Source of the DNA: an uncultured Planctomycetia bacterium
Lineage (GTDB): Bacteria; Omnitrophota; Gorgyraeia; 2-02-FULL-51-18
Reading direction: 5' to 3'
Assembly (NCBI GenBank): GCA_964642015.1
Contig: CAZXLF010000003.1
Span: forward strand, 100,204-164,203
Length of the DNA stretch: 64,000 nt
Part shown: in pieces, positions 56,867-64,000 of the stretch
How the letters are laid out: every line of letters begins with the position of its first letter
Numbering within the stretch: position 1 is the stretch's first letter
Translations under genes and position numbers: made by a program
The notes under the pieces: model-generated
What the model was told of the DNA's origin: nothing
Seen by the model: only the letters and a program-made list of their open reading frames with translations
Database searches by the model: none

Positions 56867-58048
56867 ATGAAAAAATATGAGAAGGTCGACCAGTTTTTCG
56901 AGCAAATAAAGACGCTGGGTTTCTGGCAGCGTATATTTAACTGGAGACCATTCCAAAAGTTAAGCTACGAGGCTTTTGAGGAATATAAAAGCCTTTTGGC
57001 CTCAGCTAACGCCTGCGAGGAACAATTAATTGCATCGAATAATAAAATTGGTTTGCTAACGAATGATAACGCTCATATTGAGAAGAAGTCATCGGAACAA
57101 CAAATAGAAATAAAGTCCATTAAAGATAGTTTTCAAAGCCTGCAAATAGAATTAAATCGAATAAAAGAAGAAAATGCTGTTTATAAGCGAACCGAAGCCG
57201 ATCGCGCCCAAGACCATGAGTCTAAGATAGACACGCTCACCACTATTACTTCCCGTGTTCAAAACGAGAGGGAAGATGAGAAGAGGCAGGCCACTGAAAG
57301 AGAGTTGCGGCGGTTGCATGATATGAAAGAAACGTGGTCTAGACATGAAGGTAGTGTAAAAGAAACAATAAAAATGATCTGTCAAAAACATACCATAACG
57401 TATGTCGATCAAGTTCCTTTCAAGGGAAAACCGGATAATACGATTCAAATATGCGAAGACTTCATCATTTTTGATGCAAAAAGTCCTATGTCTGATGATC
57501 TTGGAAATTTCCCGCAATACATCAAAAATCAGACCGAGCAAGTTAAAAAATATATTAAGGAGCAAAACGTCCGGAAAGATATATTTCTTGTAATTCCTTC
57601 GAATGCGGTACATGTCATCGATAATTTCAGCTATAACATGGCTGATTACAATGTGTATGTGGTAACCATTGATGTTCTGGAACCGCTCATTCTGGCTCTT
57701 CGAAAGATTGAAGATTATGAATTTGTTGAACAACTAACTCCCGAAGATCGGGAAAGTATCTGTCGGGTTATCGGTAAATTCGCGCATGTGACAAAAAGAA
57801 AGATTCAAATAGATCAATTTTTTACGAGAGAATTTATTAGCGTGCTTAAAAAATCTGAAGCAAATCTTCCTTCCGATATATTTGAGAAGGTATTGGAATT
57901 TGAAAAGTCAGAAAAGATCAACCCGCCTGTTGAAAAACGCGCAAAGCAAATTCTGATAAAGGATTTAGAAATCGAGGATGAGCACGTGCGGGAAGAGGTT
58001 AAGAAGCTCCCGCTCTATGAAGACAACGAAAACTTGCTCCCTTCTTAA
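56867..58048 (+). CDS. RmuC-like protein: N-terminal coiled coil plus PD-(D/E)xK nuclease-like domain
   Basis: 393 aa with a long heptad-rich region (residues ~50-150), then KPDNTIQICEDFIIFDAKSP, which resembles the RmuC PD...(D/E)xK core. Confidence 0.5.
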   Translation: MKKYEKVDQFFEQIKTLGFWQRIFNWRPFQKLSYEAFEEYKSLLASANACEEQLIASNNKIGLLTNDNAHIEKKSSEQQIEIKSIKDSFQSLQIELNRIKEENAVYKRTEADRAQDHESKIDTLTTITSRVQNEREDEKRQATERELRRLHDMKETWSRHEGSVKETIKMICQKHTITYVDQVPFKGKPDNTIQICEDFIIFDAKSPMSDDLGNFPQYIKNQTEQVKKYIKEQNVRKDIFLVIPSNAVHVIDNFSYNMADYNVYVVTIDVLEPLILALRKIEDYEFVEQLTPEDRESICRVIGKFAHVTKRKIQIDQFFTREFISVLKKSEANLPSDIFEKVLEFEKSEKINPPVEKRAKQILIKDLEIEDEHVREEVKKLPLYEDNENLLPS

Positions 58049-58211
58049 AAATCGCGAAGAACTTCCGCATCGATCATTGTTTAGATAAAATTTTTATAAA
58101 TTTATTTTGCAGTATTTCAAACTCGTTGATATACTAGCGATTGTAAGAATAATCGGCCAAGACTATTAAAAGCACTATATACTGTATATTCACAAGGGGC
58201 TTAAGCGTTTT

Positions 58212-58451
58212 ATGGACAAACTTATCGCAAGCTTCCAGAAGAACAAGTTTGAAGAAGTCCGTGTTCAAATAAAAGAGTTTAAGGGATACGACCTTCTCGA
58301 TATACGAGTATACACCACTCTTAAAGACACCGAAGACAAGATCCCGACCGGTAAAGGCCTATCGATCAATGTATCTCATTTCCAAGATCTAAAAAAAGCA
58401 ATCTTGGAGGCGGAGACGGTTTTAAGAGAAAATAATCTGCTAAATGAATAA
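58212..58451 (+). CDS. PC4/Sub1-like ssDNA-binding protein (bacterial YdbC-type)
   Basis: 79 aa. EVRVQIKEFKGYDLLDIRVY...IPTGKGLSINVSHFQDLKKAI aligns motif-for-motif with the eukaryotic PC4 C-terminal domain (FKGKxLIDIREY...KPGRKGISL...QWSQLKEQI). Confidence 0.7.
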   Translation: MDKLIASFQKNKFEEVRVQIKEFKGYDLLDIRVYTTLKDTEDKIPTGKGLSINVSHFQDLKKAILEAETVLRENNLLNE

Positions 58452-59265
58452 TATTTTTGAGTCGCTGAAAGCCGGGGTTATGGAACATCGAAAAAAAGAG
58501 GGGGAGCTGGAGAGCAGTTCTCAGAAAAAAACCCAGCACGAACTAACCCAAGAACAGCTTGCCGATATTTATTTTCCGGGTCAGGGAAAAATCAAGAAAT
58601 CAGAATATCCTACTGTCATAAAAGTCACGGAAAAATCCCGCTCCTCTTTTCTGATCCCTTGGCTCATCACTTTAGTTGCCGTAGTGATCGCGGCGTTTTG
58701 CCTTTTTTCGACTAAACGAATATTCGTGGATATCAAAGTCATCAACAACCGGGCCACATCACTTGTCTCGGAAGATAATAGCGCTGATCGGTCATCTTCT
58801 AATAGTCTATTAACGGCTCTAAGTTTGGGCGATAAACTTCCAATGCAGAATTTTGAGTTTGACGGCGCTTCTAAACTCAAAAGTTCCAAAGACCGTTCTA
58901 CCTTGACGCTGATCAATAGTTCTGTGGCGCCTTTTGCACGCGCTGTCCTCCATCTAGGAACTCCCGTGAATTTATCAGGGACCAAGATCGTTTTCTATGC
59001 AAAAGGGATGCGCGGCGGAGAGAACATAGCTTTTGCGCTGAAAGATAAAAACAATATACCCGCATTCAGCAAAAATAAGATCTACCCGTTTCCCAATGCC
59101 TTGACAACCGATTGGCAAAGGGCCGAGATCCCTTTATTCAATGCCACCAAAGAATTTGATGTAAAGAATGTGATCTGTTTACGTTTTGAATTTGGGTCAA
59201 AAGATACTGACAACAAGCCTGGGGACACGATCATGGTCAAAGATCTCCAGGTGGTGCCGCTTTAA
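58444..59265 (+). CDS. Single-pass membrane protein with ~190-aa extracytoplasmic beta-rich domain (possible carbohydrate-binding-like fold)
   Basis: 273 aa. Cytoplasmic N-terminus, TM helix LIPWLITLVAVVIAAFCLF, and an external domain with alternating hydrophobic beta-strand patterns. It overlaps the PC4-like gene by 8 nt. Confidence 0.5.
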   Translation: MNNIFESLKAGVMEHRKKEGELESSSQKKTQHELTQEQLADIYFPGQGKIKKSEYPTVIKVTEKSRSSFLIPWLITLVAVVIAAFCLFSTKRIFVDIKVINNRATSLVSEDNSADRSSSNSLLTALSLGDKLPMQNFEFDGASKLKSSKDRSTLTLINSSVAPFARAVLHLGTPVNLSGTKIVFYAKGMRGGENIAFALKDKNNIPAFSKNKIYPFPNALTTDWQRAEIPLFNATKEFDVKNVICLRFEFGSKDTDNKPGDTIMVKDLQVVPL

Positions 59266-59296
59266 TTCGAACAAGCAAAACGGAGGATATTAGAAG

Positions 59297-60379
59297 ATGC
59301 ATATTATCGCTTTGTCCAATCAAAAAGGGGGTTGCGGAAAAACGACCTCGGCCATCAATGTTGCTGCGTCTCTGGCGTCTCTTGGTAAAAGGACTTTGCT
59401 GATCGATCTAGATCCTCAAGCACACGCATCTTTCGGGTTAGGCGCGCGCAATGATAAACTTGAAAATTCGATTTATAATGTTTTGACCGAACAGACCGGT
59501 AAAAAGAAATATTTTATCGAGGATGTGATCATGCCGGTCGATACGCATCTGGATCTGGTACCTTCACATATTCTTTTGAGCACCATCGAACAGGAATACT
59601 CAAATAAAGATGAATCTGTTTCCAAGCTTTACGAAGCGCTTGCATCCCTTTCTTTTCCGTATGAGTTCGTCATCATTGATTGCCCGCCAAGCTTGGGTTT
59701 CCTTACCTTCAACGCGCTCAGGGTCGCTCAAACGGTAGTGGTACCCGTTGAGCTCAGTTCATTTTCCCTAATGGGTGTCAGCAAACTTCTGAGCATGATC
59801 GAGTTGATCCGCGTCAAGCTTCAACATACGCCGAAAGTATACGCGCTCCCGACGATGGTTGACATGAGGACCAATTTTGCCAAACACATGATCGAAGAGA
59901 TCCGCAGCGCTTTTGGCGAGAGTATTTTCAATAGCGTGATCCGTCAAACAGTTTCGGTGAAAGAATCTCAGGCGAAAGGAATCCCGGTCGTAAAATATGA
60001 CCCTAGATCGAGGGGCGCCGCCGACTATCTTATTTTAACTCAGGAAATTCTGAACAAACTGCCGAGCACTGAAGAACTGCCCGATATCAGCGGTAACGGT
60101 ACCAAAAATGGCTACCACAACCGTCTTTGCGATTTCAACCTTAAAAAAGAAGGCGTTAGGGAAGTCTATGTGGTCGGTGATTTCAATAACTGGGACGTCT
60201 CTAACAAATCTCTGCTTTGGCAGAAAGAGGACGGTGTTTGGCAGAAAAAAATAGCGCTTGAGCCGGGCCGTTACCGATACAAATTTGTCATTGATGGTGA
60301 ATGGGTGACGGACCCGACCAATCATATCCAAGAACCCAATCCGTTCGGCGGCTTAGATTCCGTTTTAGAGATCGAATAA
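59297..60379 (+). CDS. ParA/Soj-family P-loop ATPase fused to a C-terminal AMPK-beta-like glycogen-binding domain (CBM48)
   Basis: Deviant Walker A SNQKGGCGKTTSAINVA, ParA-like body to ~residue 255. The C-terminus EVYVVGDFNNWDVS...PGRYRYKFVIDGEWVTDPTN...GGLDSVLEI matches AMPK beta1 GBD (EVYLSGSFNNW...EGEHQYKFFVDGQWTHDP...NNIIQV). Confidence 0.8.
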   Translation: MHIIALSNQKGGCGKTTSAINVAASLASLGKRTLLIDLDPQAHASFGLGARNDKLENSIYNVLTEQTGKKKYFIEDVIMPVDTHLDLVPSHILLSTIEQEYSNKDESVSKLYEALASLSFPYEFVIIDCPPSLGFLTFNALRVAQTVVVPVELSSFSLMGVSKLLSMIELIRVKLQHTPKVYALPTMVDMRTNFAKHMIEEIRSAFGESIFNSVIRQTVSVKESQAKGIPVVKYDPRSRGAADYLILTQEILNKLPSTEELPDISGNGTKNGYHNRLCDFNLKKEGVREVYVVGDFNNWDVSNKSLLWQKEDGVWQKKIALEPGRYRYKFVIDGEWVTDPTNHIQEPNPFGGLDSVLEIE

Positions 60380-60391
60380 CCATTATTTTTA

Positions 60392-60937
60392 ATGTCTAAA
60401 TCAGCGAAGCTGCCTTACCGCATCATTGAGTCCCGCAGCCTTTATGCCGGTCATATTATTGAACTCGTCAAAGACCGTTTCGTATTAGGCGTTGCCCCCA
60501 ACAAAGTTGTCACACGCGAACTAGTTAAACATCCCGGCGCCGTTGTGATAGTCCCGTTCATAAAAAAAGACCGAATCCTTCTGTTAAGACAATTTCGATA
60601 CGCCGCTCAAGGAAACTTGTGGGAAATACCCGCGGGAACACTGGAAGAGGGGGAGCGTCCGATTGACTGCGCCAAAAGAGAAATAGAGGAAGAAACTGGT
60701 TTCAGAGCGAAAAGGTGGCAGCGGCTCACAAGCTTTTATCCGGCACCCGGCATAAGCAATGAAATTATGACACTTTTCAAAGCTGACCAACTTGTTGAAG
60801 GGCGAAAAAACCTTGATCATGATGAATGGATCGACCATTGTGAAGTTTCTCTGAAAACCGCAAGGCAGATGATCAAAAAAGGCCTGATACGCGACGGCAA
60901 AACGATCGCGGGCATATTATGGGTTTCAAGTTTTTGA
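60392..60937 (+). CDS. Nudix hydrolase (ADP-ribose pyrophosphatase-like)
   Basis: 181 aa, Nudix box GTLEEGERPIDCAKREIEEETG. Confidence 0.85.
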   Translation: MSKSAKLPYRIIESRSLYAGHIIELVKDRFVLGVAPNKVVTRELVKHPGAVVIVPFIKKDRILLLRQFRYAAQGNLWEIPAGTLEEGERPIDCAKREIEEETGFRAKRWQRLTSFYPAPGISNEIMTLFKADQLVEGRKNLDHDEWIDHCEVSLKTARQMIKKGLIRDGKTIAGILWVSSF

Positions 60938-61024
60938 TCAGATTTTATAATTTAGTTTAAAACCTTTTAGACAGTCCTTGATAATTCAGAGTGTAGAGCA
61001 TAAAATAAAGGTGTATGAGAGCCC

Positions 61025-61609
61025 ATGCTTAAAGAAGCCAAAATATCTTCGGTGATGTCGCTTTTCCCGCTGCCTCAATACGTTGTAGTTCTGGAGGATA
61101 TCGAAAAAACACGCCTCGTCCCGATCTGGATCGGCGTCAACGAAGGCAATGCGATAGCATTGGAGATACAAGGCGAGAAATTCCCGCGACCTCTGACACA
61201 TGATCTGATGGCAAATATCATAAAAGAAATGGGCGCTCAAATCGAGAAAGTTGTCGTCAGCGACCTGAAAGATAACAGCTATTACGCTTTGATCTATATC
61301 AAACAGAATGGAAAGACTTGGGAAATAGATGCGCGTCCTTCGGATTCGCTGGCTTTGGCCGTGCGCGTTCAATGTCCCATATATATTGATGAAAAGGTTT
61401 TGGACAAATGTCCTCAGATCGACCGCCCGATCACACAGGAAGAGATAGAAAAATTCAAGGAGGATCTGAAAAAAATGTCCCCTGAGGAATTTTTTAAATC
61501 ATTGGAAGAAGCGCCTTCCGCCGAAGAACCGCATCTAGGGACCGAATTCGGAGAAGATCCCGACGAAGAAGACAATGAAGAGGATGATGATCAAGAAGAA
61601 AATCAGTGA
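61025..61609 (+). CDS. DUF151 'bifunctional nuclease' (BFN) domain protein with polyacidic C-terminal tail
   Basis: 194 aa, LVPIWIGVNEGNAIALEIQG...RPLTHDL...IDARPSDSLALAVR. The C-terminal 40 aa are D/E-rich (EDPDEEDNEEDDDQEENQ). Confidence 0.75.
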   Translation: MLKEAKISSVMSLFPLPQYVVVLEDIEKTRLVPIWIGVNEGNAIALEIQGEKFPRPLTHDLMANIIKEMGAQIEKVVVSDLKDNSYYALIYIKQNGKTWEIDARPSDSLALAVRVQCPIYIDEKVLDKCPQIDRPITQEEIEKFKEDLKKMSPEEFFKSLEEAPSAEEPHLGTEFGEDPDEEDNEEDDDQEENQ

Positions 61610-61647
61610 ATAACGATTTAATCATATCAACTACACGGAGGCGCCTG

Positions 61648-62028
61648 ATGCAAAGCACTTGGATTAAGTTTCTGATCGTAGGAAGTTTCATAATGTTTCT
61701 TGCGGGTTTCAAATCAGCCTGGGCGTCTGACGCTCCGGTAGCCCCAACAGATAATGTAGATTATGGCACTGGTGTAGGCAAGAAATTGGGTCGGGGCATA
61801 TCCAACGTGGCATTCGGATGGCTTGAAATTCCGAAAGGCGTCGAAGATGTCGGGGATAAAAATAATTTTATAGCCGCAGCGACTTGGGGGCCGATTTATG
61901 GCGCAGGAAAAGCCGCCGTAAGAACTTTGGCGGGCGCTTATGAAATCGCGACTTTTCCAGTTCCGTGGCCTAAAAATTTTGAACCACTGGTACAACCCGA
62001 GTTTATGCTCGGAGATAGCTGGCAATAA
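61648..62028 (+). CDS. Small membrane/exported protein (126 aa); possibly TIGR04073-like 'exosortase-associated' family
   Basis: GGAGG ribosome-binding site 7 nt upstream. N-terminal TM/signal IKFLIVGSFIMFLAGF, then KKLGRGISNVAFGWLEIPKG. The family assignment is from memory only. Confidence 0.45.
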   Translation: MQSTWIKFLIVGSFIMFLAGFKSAWASDAPVAPTDNVDYGTGVGKKLGRGISNVAFGWLEIPKGVEDVGDKNNFIAAATWGPIYGAGKAAVRTLAGAYEIATFPVPWPKNFEPLVQPEFMLGDSWQ

Positions 62029-62079
62029 GCATCCTATCCCTCCTTTTGAAGAAACGTATAATATAATTAAGGGTGCTTT

Positions 62080-63744
62080 ATGAAGGATCGTACGGGCATC
62101 ACTAAATACGAAATCAGTCAAACGTCAGCCCCTGAGAATAGTCTTACGCCTTTGAACGAAATTCTGAGCGAAGAAGCAAGGTTGCTGTCTCCTTTAACAG
62201 AAAATCTGGCTATCAACTGGGCCGAACTTTATCTCAACACGTTTGGCCGAAGCGCTTTCTTCTCCTCGCAGCGTGTCCATAAAATCTTTAAAGAACTGGT
62301 CGAACTTTTTGTGGCTTGTCTTCAGGAAAAACGTCATGATCTATACATGGCGAATCTAGAGGAAAAAGGCCTCGCTTTTTCTCGGTTAGGAGTTCCATTC
62401 GATGAGATCATTATTTCTTTGCATCTTTTTGAACAAGTCTGCGCCGACTCTTTGTTTAATTCGCAGATACCTCATACAAAATCTGCAAAAATGATGCTGG
62501 CTATGCGGGAGATCCACAATCAAGGTCTGGCAGCGCTTGCGGTCAGTTATTTCGAAAACACCAAAAATGAGATGCAATCCATCACAGATGGCTTACTCGA
62601 AGAAAATGCTTCTTTAAAAAAGGAGCTAGCCGAAGCTAAGGATTTTTTGCTTGCGCAGACCATGAAAGAATTAGATTCCATGCAGTTGGTGATCAGCGGC
62701 ATCAATCACAAACTCCGCCGCCGCGTTTATCAGCTGGGGCGGCTGCAGAAAATCAGCGAGGTCTTGGACGGAGAAGCTCATCTGCCAAAACTCATGAAGA
62801 TGGCCTCCCATCAAATGTTGGCGCTTTGTCCGGAAAATTCCAATCTTTTTTTTGCGTTCTTTGACGAAGAGAGAAAAAAGGTCAATGTCTATCATCAGGA
62901 ATCAAGGTCCAGCTCCCAATGCGATCTCATCAAAACCTTTTTTTTCTCTGAACTGCCTAAAGCGTTCCAAGACGCATTGTACGACGAAAACAAAAAACAC
63001 GGGCATTTTAACAACTATGAAAACATGCCTGCGGAGCTCTTGGATGTTTTTGCTGTAAAAAATCAGAGGGATTTCCTGCTTACACCGATCCGCCAGTACA
63101 GGGATGTGGTCGGATTTCTGCTGCTTGGGGTGCCGGTGGAAAACCTTTTCTCAAAGAATAATTACAAATTTTTCCAACGTGTCGGACAAGCGCTATCCAA
63201 AGCCATTGCAAACGCGCTTATTTTTACGAAGTCTAAACAACGGGATGATTTTGAACTGATCCTTGACCAGCTCAACAGAAAGAAAATCGGCGGCGGCTCT
63301 GTGGAAACAGTTCTTGATTTCTGTCTGGGCTCTCTGATAGATCTTTTAGGCGTCGAGCGTTCATCGCTGATGCGCTATCATGAAGACCAAAAAGAATTGC
63401 GCGTATGCGCAGCCAAAGGTTACAAAGTCTATCCCATCTCAGGGGCTCAGATCAAATGGGGAGAAGGGATCGCGGGGACAGCGCTCAGGGACGGCAAGAT
63501 CATTTCGATCGCAAAAATGAAAGACGCCAAAACTTACAAACAGCCCGAAGTCAAAGTTAAATCGCTTCTATGCGTACCGCTTATTGACCAGAATAAGCCC
63601 CTAGGCGTTGTGAACATGTCAACGATCAATTACTACAAAAATTTTGAGAAATCTGATATCGAAATGGCCCATCATGTCATCAACCGCATGGCGGATATCC
63701 TGAAAGAGCTCACCGGCAACCCATCAAGCCCGCCTAATCTGTGA
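62080..63744 (+). CDS. Multi-domain sensor protein: N-terminal helical sensor-like domain, coiled coil, two GAF-like domains, no recognisable output domain
   Basis: 554 aa. The C-terminal region LLGVERSSLMRY...IKWGEGIAGTA...LCVPLIDQNKPLGVVN is a typical GAF. An earlier GAF-like segment spans ~300-380. Confidence 0.6.
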   Translation: MKDRTGITKYEISQTSAPENSLTPLNEILSEEARLLSPLTENLAINWAELYLNTFGRSAFFSSQRVHKIFKELVELFVACLQEKRHDLYMANLEEKGLAFSRLGVPFDEIIISLHLFEQVCADSLFNSQIPHTKSAKMMLAMREIHNQGLAALAVSYFENTKNEMQSITDGLLEENASLKKELAEAKDFLLAQTMKELDSMQLVISGINHKLRRRVYQLGRLQKISEVLDGEAHLPKLMKMASHQMLALCPENSNLFFAFFDEERKKVNVYHQESRSSSQCDLIKTFFFSELPKAFQDALYDENKKHGHFNNYENMPAELLDVFAVKNQRDFLLTPIRQYRDVVGFLLLGVPVENLFSKNNYKFFQRVGQALSKAIANALIFTKSKQRDDFELILDQLNRKKIGGGSVETVLDFCLGSLIDLLGVERSSLMRYHEDQKELRVCAAKGYKVYPISGAQIKWGEGIAGTALRDGKIISIAKMKDAKTYKQPEVKVKSLLCVPLIDQNKPLGVVNMSTINYYKNFEKSDIEMAHHVINRMADILKELTGNPSSPPNL

Positions 63745-63756
63745 GCTCGTAACACC

Positions 63757-64000
63757 ATGACCAAAAAATATGTCTTAAAAGACGTTCCGGCCGCGCACAC
63801 TTTCAGTATCGATTATAAGAACGCGCTGAATGATTCTCAGCTTGAGGTCGTCACAAAAGCGGATGGGCCGTGCCTGGTGCTTGCGGGCGCCGGCAGCGGT
63901 AAAACAAGGACATTGATCTACCGCGTGGCCTACCTTTTGGAAAAAGGAGTGAGACCTGAAGAAATCTTGTTCGTTACTTTCACCAATAAAGCAGCCGACG
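63757..64000 (+). CDS. UvrD/PcrA/Rep-family DNA helicase, N-terminal 81 aa (3' end outside window)
   Basis: [33 protein letters not shown]...[22 protein letters not shown]...[11 protein letters not shown] (motif Q/I/Ia). The frame is open to the window end. Confidence 0.85.
   Translation, partial: MTKKYVLKDVPAAHTFSIDYKNALNDSQLEVVTKADGPCLVLAGAGSGKTRTLIYRVAYLLEKGVRPEEILFVTFTNKAAD

Noticed and set aside
58049-58211. Possible terminator hairpin GCGAAGAACTTCCGC after the RmuC-like gene.
   Set aside because: The stem is short and imperfect and is not followed by a T-tract.
56867-64000. Possible Gabija-like or other helicase-nuclease defence system (RmuC-like nuclease, DUF151 nuclease, UvrD helicase in one 7-kb stretch).
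   Set aside because: The helicase N-terminus is a textbook housekeeping PcrA/UvrD (motifs Q, I, Ia in the canonical spacing). The nucleases are separated by unrelated genes with their own promoters. No OLD/TOPRIM ATPase is present.

Overview
This is a dense, almost entirely plus-strand bacterial chromosomal segment of about 45% GC. Most of it is core biosynthesis and housekeeping. Positions 1-37 kb run: alaS (3' part), a hisDBHAFI operon fused directly to a full trpEGDCFBA operon, sugar-nucleotide and protease genes, rpe, a phosphohexomutase, lepA, lepB, pgsA, plsY, an HD-GYP protein, gpsA, tRNA-Pro(GGG), then a translationally coupled hom-thrC-(iPGM-like)-lysC-cimA-valS block, followed by nadC, uvrB, birA and coaX. 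Positions 37-53 kb hold groESL behind a textbook sigma-70 promoter with a CIRCE operator, a one-carbon cluster (IMPDH-like, cyclodeaminase, folD, metF), panB, a haem operon (ccsA-like, hemA, hemC, cobA/hemD, hemB, hemL), a polyprenyl synthase, mnmA and a tRNA with CAT anticodon. The last ~11 kb (53-64 kb) is the least ordinary part. Between tilS and rpsU it carries three tandem exported proteins of unknown function. It then carries an RmuC-like nuclease, a bacterial PC4-like ssDNA-binding protein coupled to a single-pass membrane protein, a ParA/Soj-type ATPase fused to an AMPK-beta-like (CBM48) glycogen-binding domain, a Nudix hydrolase, a DUF151 nuclease, a small membrane protein, a GAF-domain sensor with no output domain, and the start of a UvrD/PcrA helicase. 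I found no CRISPR array, rRNA or obvious mobile element. The best candidate for something undescribed is the ParA-CBM48 fusion and its gene neighbourhood. The second-best lead is the iPGM-family gene embedded in the threonine operon in place of thrB, a predicted but uncharacterised non-orthologous homoserine kinase.
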